A stretch of DNA of 64,000 nt from Candidatus Woesearchaeota archaeon (GCA_016181265.1 JACOZP010000006.1:19962-83961); one strand, 5' to 3'. Counted from the first letter of the stretch, positions 1 through 10,252 are shown. Program-made: numbers and translations. Notes: generated by a model from the letters alone, not told the origin.

Positions 1-890
1 CCAGCTGCAAACAGATCGCCGAGCTCCACAAACACACGTTCATCATTATACAGTTTCAAGAGCGGCAAAAGAACAGTTATCGCGTCATCCCGTCTCCCCA
101 CATCACGCAGCCGGAAACTAAGCGTTAACCTAAATTCGATCAGATTTGGTTCTAAGCGTACGGCTTTCTCGGCATACTCCAATGCTTTCTGCTCATCTTT
201 CTTATAGACATGATAATAGATAGAAATATCGTGGTAATTCTTGGCATGCGTAGGATATTTCTCAATATTCTTCAAGGACAGTTGTGCGTAATATTCTTGT
301 TTACCATGGATCTTTGTCTGCTCTTTCAATTCATGGAGATGTAAAAACGGTGCAGCAAGCCAGCCGATAGCTAAATTTTGTTTTCTCAATGAGAATTCAA
401 CCGTCTCATGAACGAAATAATCATAGGTGATCGTTTTCTGATTTTGGAAAAGACGGATGATGTCACCTGCTGTATATCCCGCAAAAGTCTTCTCATGAAT
501 AATAACGGGGTTCTGAATAAACAGGGGATCATTGGTGTAAATATTTGTAAACGTCACTTGCGGCAAGAAATAAGCGGCATACTGGTCGCTCTCCATCGCT
601 TCTTTGATCTTAATTTTACTTTCTGGCGGAAGAATTTCATCCGCATCGAGAACTAAGATCCAATCTCCTGTAGCATGTTTTAAAGCCTCATTTCGTGGCG
701 CGGAGAAATTATCGTTCCAGATAAAATCATAGATTTTGTTCGTAAACCGTTTTGCGATCTCTTTCGTTTTATCTGTGCTTCCCGTATCAACAATGATGAT
801 TTCATCAACAAAACCTCTGACCGAGTTTAATGATTCTTCAATGAACTGTTCTTCATTCTTCGTGATCATACACAAGGAAAGCGTGGGCAT
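1..890 (-). CDS. Glycosyltransferase family 2 with C-terminal TPR-like region (3' end runs off window start)
   Basis: Absent from the ORF track because there is no in-window stop. My minus-strand translation from ATG at 890 reads MPTLSLCMITKNEEQFIEESLNSVRGFVDEIIIVDTGSTDKT...GDWILVLDADE (GT-A/GT2 core). The frame stays open to position 1. Confidence 0.75.
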   Translation of the reverse strand, partial: MPTLSLCMITKNEEQFIEESLNSVRGFVDEIIIVDTGSTDKTKEIAKRFTNKIYDFIWNDNFSAPRNEALKHATGDWILVLDADEILPPESKIKIKEAMESDQYAAYFLPQVTFTNIYTNDPLFIQNPVIIHEKTFAGYTAGDIIRLFQNQKTITYDYFVHETVEFSLRKQNLAIGWLAAPFLHLHELKEQTKIHGKQEYYAQLSLKNIEKYPTHAKNYHDISIYYHVYKKDEQKALEYAEKAVRLEPNLIEFRLTLSFRLRDVGRRDDAITVLLPLLKLYNDERVFVELGDLFAA

Positions 891-1001
891 GAGAAGTTAT
901 TTGTGAGAGATATTTATAAAAATTATGGTTTAGTTTCTTCCTTCATCGAAAAAGATTTTATATACCTCCTCATCTTTATCCATTACAAAAAGGGGGAAAC
1001 C

Positions 1002-2741
1002 ATGAATACAAAGGTAATAGCTCTGATTATAACGCTTAGCATCGTATTTCTCATCGGCTGCGCTCCGCAGACAAACGTCGAGACGCTTGATGGGCTGGGA
1101 GAATACGCGATTATTATTGAAGAACCGACTTATTTTCAAGATATAAAAGGCTATCTTGCACGGCCAGATGAAGAAGGACAATTCCCTGGGATCATCATGA
1201 TTCATGAATTTTGGGGGTTAAATGACCACATCAAACAGATGGCAAGAGAATTAGCTTCACAAGGCTACGTTGTTCTTGCCGTTGATATCTACGAAGGGAA
1301 AATTGCTACAAATACCAGCGAGGCAAGTGTTTTGGCAAAAGAAGCAAGAATAAATCTCCCCCAATCCACCACCAACATGAAAGCAGCTACTACCTATCTC
1401 CAAACAAGAGCAGAAGTGACGGATAAAATTGCATCTCTTGGCTGGTGCTTTGGCGGTCAGATGTCTTTGCAACTTGCACTGAACCAAGAACTTGCTGCAA
1501 CTGTAATTTATTATGGAAATCTCGAGACGAATAAGACCAAAGTGCAACAAATACAGTGGCCGGTTTTAGGAATCTTTGGAAGTAATGATACCGTCGTTTC
1601 TGTTGCTTCCGTCAATCAGTTTAAACAAGTATTAGATGAACTAAACATTCCCCATGAAATTTATATGTATGAAAGCGTAGGACATGCATTCGCTAACCCT
1701 TCCGGGATGAATTATGCACCAGCTGAAACGAAAGATGCCTGGCAAAAAACCCTCGCCTTCCTCGAGAAAAATCTTAAGAAGAAGGCAGTAACAACACCGT
1801 CAGAAATAGAAGTTGTTGCTAATGACTTCGATACACCTTGGGCGATGGATTTCCTTCCCACCGGCCAATTAATGTTCACCGAAAGGCCCGGCCACGTTAA
1901 TATTATTGAGAATGGAAACGTTAAAACGGTTGGCGAGCTGCCCGTCAATGAAGAAGCGGAATCAGGTTTACTGGGGATTGCCGTCGACCCAGAGTTTGAA
2001 GACAACAAATTCATTTATCTCTATTACATACACAAGAATAAAAATAGAGTCTCACGCTTCCGGTTAGATACGATTTTAAAAGATGAAATAATTCTCTTAG
2101 ATAATATTCCCTCCGCTCGCTTCCATGACGGAGGCAGAATCAAATTTGGTCCAGATGGAAAACTCTACATCACCACTGGCGACGCAACAGATCCCTCTTC
2201 AGCGCAAGATATTAATTCTCTCGCCGGAAAGATCCTACGCATCAATAAAGATGGCACTATTCCGCAAGATAATCCTTTCCAAAATGCAGTGTATTCCTAT
2301 GGACATCGTAATCCTCAAGGACTCGCCTGGCATCCTCAGACCGGAGGGTTATACGCAGCAGAACACGGCCAGAACCGGAATGATGAAATAAACTTGATCG
2401 AAAAAGGAAAGAATTATGGCTGGCCACAAGAATGTACTGAAAAAGCTGATGATAAAGTGCAACCATTACGCTGTTATACTGAATTTACACTTGCCCCTAG
2501 CGGGATTACTTTTGTTGGAGAAGAGTTATATGTTGCGGGTTTGCGAGGGAATCAAGTAAGAAAAATTACTTTCGCTCCAGATCATAAAACGATACTTCGA
2601 GAGGAAGAACTCTTTTCTCCTCTTGGTCGTATTCGTGATGTTGTCGAGAATGAGGGATACTTATATATTGCAACCTCAAACAAAGATGGACGCGGTTTGC
2701 CTTCCCCAGGCGACGATAAGATCGTGAGAGTTAAGATTTGA
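1002..2741 (+). CDS. Lipoprotein fusion: dienelactone hydrolase domain + PQQ-dependent (soluble) sugar/sorbosone dehydrogenase beta-propeller
   Basis: I prefer the ATG at 1002, preceded by aaGGGGGaa, over the GTG at 903. Signal/lipobox MNTKVIALIITLSIVFLIGC. DLH-like IIMIHEFWGLNDH...GWCFGG...GHAF. GSDH-like GLLGIAVDPEF, RFHDGGRIKFGPDGKLYITTGD, GHRNPQGLAWHP. Confidence 0.7.
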   Translation: MNTKVIALIITLSIVFLIGCAPQTNVETLDGLGEYAIIIEEPTYFQDIKGYLARPDEEGQFPGIIMIHEFWGLNDHIKQMARELASQGYVVLAVDIYEGKIATNTSEASVLAKEARINLPQSTTNMKAATTYLQTRAEVTDKIASLGWCFGGQMSLQLALNQELAATVIYYGNLETNKTKVQQIQWPVLGIFGSNDTVVSVASVNQFKQVLDELNIPHEIYMYESVGHAFANPSGMNYAPAETKDAWQKTLAFLEKNLKKKAVTTPSEIEVVANDFDTPWAMDFLPTGQLMFTERPGHVNIIENGNVKTVGELPVNEEAESGLLGIAVDPEFEDNKFIYLYYIHKNKNRVSRFRLDTILKDEIILLDNIPSARFHDGGRIKFGPDGKLYITTGDATDPSSAQDINSLAGKILRINKDGTIPQDNPFQNAVYSYGHRNPQGLAWHPQTGGLYAAEHGQNRNDEINLIEKGKNYGWPQECTEKADDKVQPLRCYTEFTLAPSGITFVGEELYVAGLRGNQVRKITFAPDHKTILREEELFSPLGRIRDVVENEGYLYIATSNKDGRGLPSPGDDKIVRVKI

Positions 2742-2967
2742 AAGGCTAGTCTAAGAATCTGTTCAATTAAACATATCCAGGGTTTTTGAGAGATCCCATT
2801 TATAGTTTCTCTTATCATAAGATTTTAACAATAACCACCAAAAAAGCCACTGGTCACTGGTCAAGTACGGGTGAAGTATAAAAAGGACCCCAACCATAAA
2901 GATTCTATCAAGACAGAGATAAGCCAAAGCATAGGCCACGAGATCTTGATAAAAAGAGGTGAAAACA

Positions 2968-3096
2968 ATGGTTGATTTAACCACAAAAACGATACGAAGA
3001 CTATTTGAACAACAAGTTCGCGATCTCACTCAACGCACGTTCTTCTATAAAGAAGATTCTTTCGACCTGCAATTCAGCGGGAGGTGGCTACAATGA
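2968..3096 (+). CDS. Small ORF, 42 aa, hypothetical (below ORF-track cutoff)
   Basis: ATG at 2968 follows aGAGGTGaaaaca. Translation MVDLTTKTIRRLFEQQVRDLTQRTFFYKEDSFDLQFSGRWLQ. Its TGA overlaps the next ATG. Confidence 0.3.
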   Translation: MVDLTTKTIRRLFEQQVRDLTQRTFFYKEDSFDLQFSGRWLQ

Positions 3097-3221
3097 ATAT
3101 AAAAGACCGAATAAATTATTTACTGCAAAAATACGATGTCAAAGAACAGAGGACAACATCAAGCTCCTTCTTTAACCACAAACAAACCTACCTCGATGAG
3201 TTTGATACTGCCATCGCGTAA
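3093..3221 (+). CDS. Small ORF, 42 aa, hypothetical, translationally coupled to the previous one
   Basis: ATGA overlap with the upstream ORF, with GGGAGGTGG 6 nt upstream. Translation MNIKDRINYLLQKYDVKEQRTTSSSFFNHKQTYLDEFDTAIA. Confidence 0.3.
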   Translation: MNIKDRINYLLQKYDVKEQRTTSSSFFNHKQTYLDEFDTAIA

Positions 3222-3276
3222 CCATCCTTATTTCTGACGGATAGTTATTTAAATCCATCTTTTTTTTTCTTTTGTT

Positions 3277-3846
3277 ATGGAAATCCTTACTGAAACTGAA
3301 CTCACGTATCGAAAGACAGAGATTATTGAGAAAATAAAGAACGGCGCTCTGTTCATCTATCCGACAGATACAATCTATGGTATCGGCTGCAACGCGCTCA
3401 AAGCGAAAGCAGTTCAGGCAGTCCGTAAACTAAAGAATCGTCCGGATTCACCTTTATCTATTTTAGTACCTTCAAAAGAATGGATTCGACAATACTGTAT
3501 CATTACACCGAAAACAGAGGAATGGTTACAAAAACTACCGGGACCATATACACTTATTCTCCCACTGAAAGAAAATAACCCTCTGCCAAAAATAGTAACC
3601 GGTGGCATAGCCACGATCGGCATCCGTATTCCACACCATTGGTTCCAACAAATCGTCGTTGAAACCAACACCCCCATCATCACGACTTCCGCAAATAAAC
3701 ACGGCGAACCTTTCATGACAAAACTAGAGAATCTCGATGAGGATATCCAAAAAGGAGTAGAATTCATGATCTATGAAGGAGAAAAAGAAGGGCACCCTTC
3801 TACATTAATCAATATTGAAAAAGAAGAAGTTAAAAGAAGAAGTTAA
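3277..3846 (+). CDS. Sua5/YrdC/YciO family threonylcarbamoyl-AMP synthase (t6A pathway)
   Basis: FIYPTDTIYGIGCNA, GIRIPHH, ITTSANKHGEP motifs. Size fits a single-domain YrdC. Confidence 0.8.
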   Translation: MEILTETELTYRKTEIIEKIKNGALFIYPTDTIYGIGCNALKAKAVQAVRKLKNRPDSPLSILVPSKEWIRQYCIITPKTEEWLQKLPGPYTLILPLKENNPLPKIVTGGIATIGIRIPHHWFQQIVVETNTPIITTSANKHGEPFMTKLENLDEDIQKGVEFMIYEGEKEGHPSTLINIEKEEVKRRS

Positions 3847-3853
3847 AGAGATT

Positions 3854-4246
3854 CTAAACCCAAGCCGCCAGCAACGCACCCGTGGCAACTAACGTCACTA
3901 ACCAATAGCCTGCATTAAGAAGATATAACGTAAATGCTTTTCCTTCCCAGAGGAAACCGCCAAGAGTTACTGTTGCGATAAAACCAAGCCATATCCAAAG
4001 ACCAGTTACAGCACCGCTCATCCACGTGCCAGGCATAACAAAACGTGCGAGGACAAATGACATAACTAGCGCCGTGACAAGCATTAGCGCATAACCACGC
4101 TGCGCTTCTTTCTTTCTTGATCCCATTTGTTTCGGATCAATCTTCATTAATTTTAACCATTGATTTCCAAACATTAGCGGAGAATACCACAACGCACCTA
4201 ATGCATATTGAATCAACGCTGCCACCAAAATTGCCCAATAATTCAT
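3854..4246 (-). CDS. DUF1761-like membrane protein
   Basis: Start moved to the ATG at 4246, preceded by GGAGGTtgaaatt. MNYWAILVAALIQYALGALWYSPLMFGNQW, about 4 TM segments. Confidence 0.6.
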   Translation of the reverse strand: MNYWAILVAALIQYALGALWYSPLMFGNQWLKLMKIDPKQMGSRKKEAQRGYALMLVTALVMSFVLARFVMPGTWMSGAVTGLWIWLGFIATVTLGGFLWEGKAFTLYLLNAGYWLVTLVATGALLAAWV

Positions 4247-4340
4247 AATTTCAACCTCCAAGAAGAGATAATCCGGAGACACATATAAATGTTTTTAGAT
4301 TTTCTCTATTAACCACTTCATTGCCGGAAGATAAGAATAC

Positions 4341-4682
4341 TCAATCCTCTTTTCGAAACAACTCATAAAGTAAAGATGCAATGTTACCGACCATTAGTGC
4401 CCCTAAACTTGCTCCTAATAAGCGAGGATCATCTCCTCTCAGAAGGCGATCAATTCCAACAAGCATCAACACAGGAAAAGAAGCTTGCGCGCCTACTTCC
4501 CCCAGAGCATAGGGATAGAGTGGACGTCGAAAAACCGGATCTTCCTGTTGTGTCAAAGGATCAAGATATTTTTCTTCTTTAAGACGCGTGGCTGTCGCAT
4601 AAAACGCAAGATAGCCCAAGCCAGTCAGAAATGGTGCAAGATACTTTTCTCCAAATGCCTCTACTTTGTCTGACAATTCCAT
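4341..4682 (-). CDS. Hypothetical membrane protein
   Basis: 113-aa ORF with hydrophobic segments; no recognisable motif. Confidence 0.45.
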   Translation of the reverse strand: MELSDKVEAFGEKYLAPFLTGLGYLAFYATATRLKEEKYLDPLTQQEDPVFRRPLYPYALGEVGAQASFPVLMLVGIDRLLRGDDPRLLGASLGALMVGNIASLLYELFRKED

Positions 4683-4691
4683 CAGAAAACC

Positions 4692-5660
4692 TTATTCTTC
4701 CTTCTTTATCTTCGCTACGAAGAAACCTTCCGTATCATTATCCTGTGGCCAGATACGGAGAACATGCTTGAGTTGTGGGTCGAATTTCGTACCATTAAAC
4801 TCCATCACCGGAGGGGACGTTTTTAGTCCCGTTAATTTCGCCGGCAGCAGCTTCGCCGTCGGAAACTTCTTTAGCAGATGATCGACAACACTTTCGTCTT
4901 CCTCCGGCTCTAAAGAGCACGTAGAATAAACCATCACCCCGCCTGGCTTGAGATTTTCAAACGCCGTCACGATCAGTTCCTTTTGTTGCCGTGCAAGTTT
5001 CGTAATCATTCCCGCATTCCAGATCACTACTGTCTTCAAACTTTTACGGATTGTTCCCGTTCCCGAACAAGGCGCATCAACGAGGATCTTATCAAATTGG
5101 AGACCATAAAATCGTTTTCCATGCATCAACGTCACAACCGTATTCGTCAACCCGCTACGCTGCACATTAATCCCCAATGATTGCAGCCGCTGCCCTTTGT
5201 AATCATTAGCGACGATGATTCCTTTATTCTTCATCATCATTCCCATCTGCGTTGTCTTACTTCCCGGCGAAGCACACATATCTAAAACAACATCATCTGG
5301 CTGCGGATCTAAAACCAATGGTGGAATCATTGATGCTGCTTCTTGAACATAGATTTTACCAACATGATACTCAAATAAATTCCCTACATCTCGCCGTTCG
5401 AGATGATCAATCCAGAAACCGTCTTTACACCAAGGAATGGGTGTGAGATTCCAATTTTTCCCGGCGATGGAAGAAGAGACCTCTTTCACTGTCCCCAAAA
5501 CCGTATTTACCCGAATACTTCTACGTAAGAAAGAAAGTGAGTACCTCTTGAATTCTTCCCAATCAGTAAGGGCAGCGTAGCGTTCTATAAATGCTTTTTT
5601 AAATTCTAATGTTTCTGTTCCGGGGATCATGCGCGGTTTTGACATAACTTCAATAAGCAC
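4692..5660 (-). CDS. NOL1/NOP2/Sun family RNA cytosine-C5 methyltransferase
   Basis: VLDMCASPGSKTTQM (SAM site), DAPCSGTGTIRK (motif IV Cys), VYSTCSLEPEE (motif VI Cys). Confidence 0.85.
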   Translation of the reverse strand: MLIEVMSKPRMIPGTETLEFKKAFIERYAALTDWEEFKRYSLSFLRRSIRVNTVLGTVKEVSSSIAGKNWNLTPIPWCKDGFWIDHLERRDVGNLFEYHVGKIYVQEAASMIPPLVLDPQPDDVVLDMCASPGSKTTQMGMMMKNKGIIVANDYKGQRLQSLGINVQRSGLTNTVVTLMHGKRFYGLQFDKILVDAPCSGTGTIRKSLKTVVIWNAGMITKLARQQKELIVTAFENLKPGGVMVYSTCSLEPEEDESVVDHLLKKFPTAKLLPAKLTGLKTSPPVMEFNGTKFDPQLKHVLRIWPQDNDTEGFFVAKIKKEE

Positions 5661-5736
5661 GATGTCTTTAAATACTTTATGAGAAAAATACCATTGTCAA
5701 AAAATCATTTAAACCACCGTTTTTAGAGAGAAGCAA

Positions 5737-6441
5737 ATGAGAAAAACACTAGCAGCAATAGCCTCCATCGGACTCTTCTCATTAGGGTGTGAAAAAAATA
5801 TCCCTCTTCGAGAGCAGGATCATACTCTTCATAGAGAGAAGATCGAGAAATATGCTCCTGAAATCGAAGAGAGAAGGGCAAGAATCTGGCCAATAGATTT
5901 GTCAGAAAGAGAATTCGCCGAATTAATCTCAGGCGTAAACTCACTGTCAGACCTTAAGAGTGTCATTAAACAACGGGGATTATATTATCCTCAGAGAGGA
6001 ACACCAGAGAACAAGACAGCTATCGAGTTAAGTTACGGAGCACCATGGGAAACACATAATCGGGGATCTGGAGTATGTGACGAGCTGGCTGTGTATGCTC
6101 TCCCGTTCCTTTTAAACATCCCCACCGTCAAGAATATTTATCTCGTAGAAATAAAAGGAGATCTTAAAAATTCTGAAGAAGTAAAAGAAAATGCAAGACA
6201 TGCTTTCGTTCTCTTCCGAGACGAAACACAACGATGGCGATACTTCAGTAACGGAGATATTTCTAAATTAACTTACGACTCAATGTCTAACGCAGCAACT
6301 GCTACAGCTCTCGATACGGGTTATGTTCTAGAAACAGAGATTGAATATAAAATGAGAGAGATTAACCAAAAAGGTCCGTGGGTCTATAACGACTTTGAGG
6401 CACGGAAACTAAGACCAGAAAGCACTATCTGTCCGAACTAA
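5737..6441 (+). CDS. Lipoprotein, possibly transglutaminase-like cysteine peptidase fold
   Basis: Lipobox LFSLGC. GSGVCDELAVYA followed by ARHAFVLFRDE resembles a Cys...His...Asp transglutaminase core. The fold assignment is inference. Confidence 0.4.
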   Translation: MRKTLAAIASIGLFSLGCEKNIPLREQDHTLHREKIEKYAPEIEERRARIWPIDLSEREFAELISGVNSLSDLKSVIKQRGLYYPQRGTPENKTAIELSYGAPWETHNRGSGVCDELAVYALPFLLNIPTVKNIYLVEIKGDLKNSEEVKENARHAFVLFRDETQRWRYFSNGDISKLTYDSMSNAATATALDTGYVLETEIEYKMREINQKGPWVYNDFEARKLRPESTICPN

Positions 6442-6443
6442 GA

Positions 6444-6632
6444 TTATTGTTCCTTTCTTTTCAGACGAGTCATGTAACCTGCGATAATATTTCGTAATTT
6501 CTTACTTTCTACTTTCACAGTCTTGTTAGCCATTCCTTTATTAGAAGCAAAGTCGGTTGTAAACTGGTCACCGTACGTCTTAAACAATTCTTTCGTCTTG
6601 CGTTTGATGAATGTAGTTTTGATTCTTCCCAT
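6444..6632 (-). CDS. rps17e: 30S ribosomal protein S17e
   Basis: MGRIKTTFIKRKTKELF... 62 aa, typical eS17. CTTTATAAAT box about 20-28 nt upstream of the ATG. Confidence 0.85.
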   Translation of the reverse strand: MGRIKTTFIKRKTKELFKTYGDQFTTDFASNKGMANKTVKVESKKLRNIIAGYMTRLKRKEQ

Positions 6633-6784
6633 AATTCAGTTCAAGATAGGAGCTAATTTATAAAGCTTACGGCAAGAATAAACCTCTGCTTCTTCCGAAC
6701 CATAAAAACCATTTAAACCCAATTAAGCACACCAGTAGCCATTTTACAGTAATATTTATATATTTTTGACCCTTTAACGACTGC

Positions 6785-7183
6785 ATGGTAATTCTCTTCG
6801 ACCAGTTTAATCTTCCACAAGACATTTTTAAGATTATTTTTGCTACAGAGCAGCAGGAAATTGTCGCTAAAATGCTTATTAAATATATGTGGCAGAATGG
6901 GGGGGAAATCGGCAAGACTGAAATGGGCGTCTTCGCTGCCAAATTAGATGAAGGAGAAGCGATCATCAAAGAAAAAGGCAAATCACCTTTGCAGCCAGAA
7001 ATGAAATTGTCCTATAACAAAAAGCAGTTTTACGACCGAATCTTAACACCGATGCGAGGCATGGGCATGATTGAATATGACCTGTATAAGAAAACCTATC
7101 GCGTCTCTGACCGCTTTAATAAGATGATGATTAAAGTCGGTCTAATGTGGCTCAGAGAAATTGAAAGGAAAGGTAAGAATTAG
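6785..7183 (+). CDS. Hypothetical protein (possible winged-helix)
   Basis: 132-aa ORF. AATATTTATATATTT box about 25 nt upstream of the ATG. No clear motif. Confidence 0.45.
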   Translation: MVILFDQFNLPQDIFKIIFATEQQEIVAKMLIKYMWQNGGEIGKTEMGVFAAKLDEGEAIIKEKGKSPLQPEMKLSYNKKQFYDRILTPMRGMGMIEYDLYKKTYRVSDRFNKMMIKVGLMWLREIERKGKN

Positions 7184-7857
7184 ATCAATTTCTCTTCTTT
7201 AAAACTATAATAGCTCCCCTTTCCGATAATTACGTGATCTAAAAATTCTATTCCCACCACTTCTCCTGCCTCCCGCAACTGATTCGTGATGGAGACATCT
7301 TCTTCACTCGGCATCGGATCACCACTGGGATGATTATGTACGAGAATAAATGCAGCAGCACCTTCACTGATACCGATACGTAAAATCTCACGAGGATGGA
7401 TCAACGAGGCATTTAACGTTCCAATGAAAACGATCTCTTTCTTGAGGAGACGATGTCGTGTATCAAGATAAATTCCCACACATTGTTCTTGCTGCAAATG
7501 CATCAACTCCGCACCAATTAACGCCAGAACATCTTTAGGAGAAGAAACGGTAAATCGCTTCTCGTCCGAGAACGTCTGTACCCGTCGTGCCAATTCAAAA
7601 CAGGCGGCAATTTCACAAGCTTTTGCTATACCCACGCCAGATAATTTCTGTAGGTCTGTAAGTCGAGCTCTCGACAATGATGCGAGAGAGTGTTCCTGCA
7701 ATAATCGTGTTGCCAAGACAACGGCATTTTCTGCCCGATTACCCGTTCGTAAAAGAAGAGCTAATAATTCCGCGTCGCTTAACACGTGCACTCCCTGTTT
7801 CTGCAAACGTTCTCGAGGACGTAAATCTTGCGGGAGAGAAAGAATATTCATCAACAA
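7180..7857 (-). CDS. radC: RadC-like JAB/JAMM domain protein (UPF0758)
   Basis: N-terminal HhH region LSDAELLALLLRTG. JAMM motif HNHPSGDPMPSEEDVSITNQL. Confidence 0.85.
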   Translation of the reverse strand: MLMNILSLPQDLRPRERLQKQGVHVLSDAELLALLLRTGNRAENAVVLATRLLQEHSLASLSRARLTDLQKLSGVGIAKACEIAACFELARRVQTFSDEKRFTVSSPKDVLALIGAELMHLQQEQCVGIYLDTRHRLLKKEIVFIGTLNASLIHPREILRIGISEGAAAFILVHNHPSGDPMPSEEDVSITNQLREAGEVVGIEFLDHVIIGKGSYYSFKEEKLI

Positions 7858-7952
7858 CGATTTCGCAATGCGTGATTTATATTGATTTAGATAATCCTAC
7901 ATCTCTTCTCAATCATAACAAACCTTAAGAAACAAAGCAAGTATCAAAAATT

Positions 7953-8897
7953 ATGATTGACCTCTACGTCGAACCACGCGTAACCAAAACATGGGATCGA
8001 TTTCGAACCGAGAATCCACCATTTTCCATCGCGTTAGATGGATACGTAAAAGACAGACCATTATTTGACCAAAAAGGTCCTTACCTTAATTGTAACCACC
8101 ATGAATTCGTTGATCGCTTAAGTACAAGAAGTACGACTGCACAAGTGCATATGGCTATCAAACAGGGCCTCTTTCAAAGATTTTCTCAATCAGGAAAACC
8201 GACTGCACATATTTACGTCAATGATCCAGATTATGACGTCTGCGTCGCCTGGTGGCTCTTGAAAAATCATGAACGGATTACCGGAACACGCAATGAACCG
8301 CTCATTTCACGCTTAGTCAGTATCACTGATTATATGGATGCAACCGGCGGCCTCTACCCATTAGATCCTCATTCAAAATTGATGCGTCAACGTGCTTGGA
8401 TTTTCGAACCATATACTGAATCTCGCCTGACGGGAAGACTTCCCGTAATGGAAAAAAGAGAAATGCAGAACATTATCGATGCAGTGATTAAGAGGATTGA
8501 TGATCATCTCCTTGGCCATGGTGAGGAGAGAACAGTAGACACCCGCTATGAGCGCATTGGTGGTGGAGATAATTGGACAATGGTGCGAGAGATCGGCGCG
8601 GAAGCGCGCGGAAAAATGGTTAGTGATGGAATCTATGCCTTTGTCAGTGTTCGAGATGGAGGAAATGAACACTTCGTGTACACTCTTGCTCGCACATCAC
8701 CATACATTGATTTTCCAGTTCTTGAACTCATCGACCAGATCAATGAAGAAGATGGATTTACTCCAGACGACCCAAATGCCGGCGGAGGTAGTGATATTAT
8801 CGGAGGTACATCCAGAGGAAATATGACGAAGATTACTCCTCAACGGTTAGAGAGAATAATTAATGATTTTCTTGCCGAAAGAAAGAATAAAAGATAA
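7953..8897 (+). CDS. Hypothetical protein, weak DHH/DHHA1-like motifs
   Basis: 314-aa ORF. NCNHHEF, VNDPDYDVCVAWW and GGGSDIIGGTSRG loosely recall DHH-family motifs. Not a confident assignment. Confidence 0.4.
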   Translation: MIDLYVEPRVTKTWDRFRTENPPFSIALDGYVKDRPLFDQKGPYLNCNHHEFVDRLSTRSTTAQVHMAIKQGLFQRFSQSGKPTAHIYVNDPDYDVCVAWWLLKNHERITGTRNEPLISRLVSITDYMDATGGLYPLDPHSKLMRQRAWIFEPYTESRLTGRLPVMEKREMQNIIDAVIKRIDDHLLGHGEERTVDTRYERIGGGDNWTMVREIGAEARGKMVSDGIYAFVSVRDGGNEHFVYTLARTSPYIDFPVLELIDQINEEDGFTPDDPNAGGGSDIIGGTSRGNMTKITPQRLERIINDFLAERKNKR

Positions 8898-8940
8898 ATA
8901 AGGAAAGAGAAGATCACAAAAATCATAAAAAAAGAGTGGA

Positions 8941-10134
8941 TCAAAACCGTTGCGTAACTTCTAATGGCTGTAACCCTGCTTCTCGTTTCAACACGTCGGC
9001 CTTGTCTGTTTTCTCCCAACTGAAATCCGGATCGTTACGGCCAAAGTGACCATAAGAAGCCGTCTTGCGGTAGATCGGTCGTCGTAAATTGAGCGTCTCA
9101 ATAATTCCCTTCGGAGTCAGATTGAAATGTTTTCGTACTAATTCTGAAATCTTCTCCTCGGGGATCTTCGCTGTGCTAAATGTATCAACAAGTACGGAAA
9201 CCGGCTGTGCTACCCCGATCGCATAGGCAACTTGCACTTCACACTTATCTGCTAGCCCTGCTGCAACAATATTCTTTGCGACGTACCGAGCCATGTAACA
9301 CGCAGAACGATCAACCTTCGTGGGGTCTTTTCCAGAGAATGCACCCCCGCCATGTCGTCCATAACCACCATAGGTATCGACAATGATTTTCCGACCAGTT
9401 ACACCTGCATCACCTACCGGACCACCAATGACGAAGCGTCCTGTGGGATTGATAAAATATTTTGTATTCCCATCAACCCATTCGTAGCAGATCGGTTTGA
9501 TGATTTTCTCAATAACGTCCCGCCGGATCGTTTCCAAATCAACATCCGGATGATGCTGTGTAGAAACAACCACCGTATCGACCCGTTTTGGCTTACCATC
9601 AACATATTCTACCGTCACCTGAGATTTACCATCGGGACGCAGATACCACAATTCTCCTCGTTTTCGCGCACTTGCCAAGCGTTGCGTTAATTTATGTGCT
9701 AGAAGAATTGGTAGAGGCATATATTCTGGAGTTTCATTTGTGGCAAAACCAAACATTAAGCCTTGATCCCCCGCACCCTGTTCTTGAAATAATCCTGCAC
9801 CCTCAGAAACTCCTTGTGAAATATCCGGTGACTGTTCTGACAACGCGGATAAAACACCACACGTAGAACCATCAAAACCATATTCCGGCTTGTCGTAGCC
9901 AATACTTAAGATCGTATCACGCACTACTTTCTGAACATCAATATACGTTTTCGTCGTCACTTCGCCAGCGACGACAACAAAACCAGTCTTCGTCAACGTT
10001 TCAATTGCTACCCGTGCTTGTGGGTCATCTTTGTAGATTGCATCAAGCAAAGCATCAGAAATTTGATCGCACATCTTATCAGGATGGCCTTCTGTCACGC
10101 TCTCCGAAGTAAATAAATAATTTTGTTGTGCCAT
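8941..10134 (-). CDS. metK: S-adenosylmethionine synthetase, bacterial/eukaryotic type
   Basis: [48 protein letters not shown], full length 397 aa. Confidence 0.95.
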   Translation of the reverse strand: MAQQNYLFTSESVTEGHPDKMCDQISDALLDAIYKDDPQARVAIETLTKTGFVVVAGEVTTKTYIDVQKVVRDTILSIGYDKPEYGFDGSTCGVLSALSEQSPDISQGVSEGAGLFQEQGAGDQGLMFGFATNETPEYMPLPILLAHKLTQRLASARKRGELWYLRPDGKSQVTVEYVDGKPKRVDTVVVSTQHHPDVDLETIRRDVIEKIIKPICYEWVDGNTKYFINPTGRFVIGGPVGDAGVTGRKIIVDTYGGYGRHGGGAFSGKDPTKVDRSACYMARYVAKNIVAAGLADKCEVQVAYAIGVAQPVSVLVDTFSTAKIPEEKISELVRKHFNLTPKGIIETLNLRRPIYRKTASYGHFGRNDPDFSWEKTDKADVLKREAGLQPLEVTQRF

Positions 10135-10252
10135 AGTGTTGTCTCCGCAGCTAAAAATAACAGAAAAGATATTTAAACCATCTTGCTCATAATATTCACA
10201 TCAGAATATTTGATCATAACATTTATTAAGCAAGAACAAAAAATAGTGACAG

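Noticed and set aside
408-656. 82-aa plus-strand ORF.
   Set aside because: It lies inside, and antisense to, the GT2 gene that runs off the window start.
2763-3029. 88-aa minus-strand hydrophobic ORF.
   Set aside because: It has a GTG start with no SD or TATA box, and it overlaps the SD-led small plus-strand ORF. I kept it as unresolved rather than annotating it.
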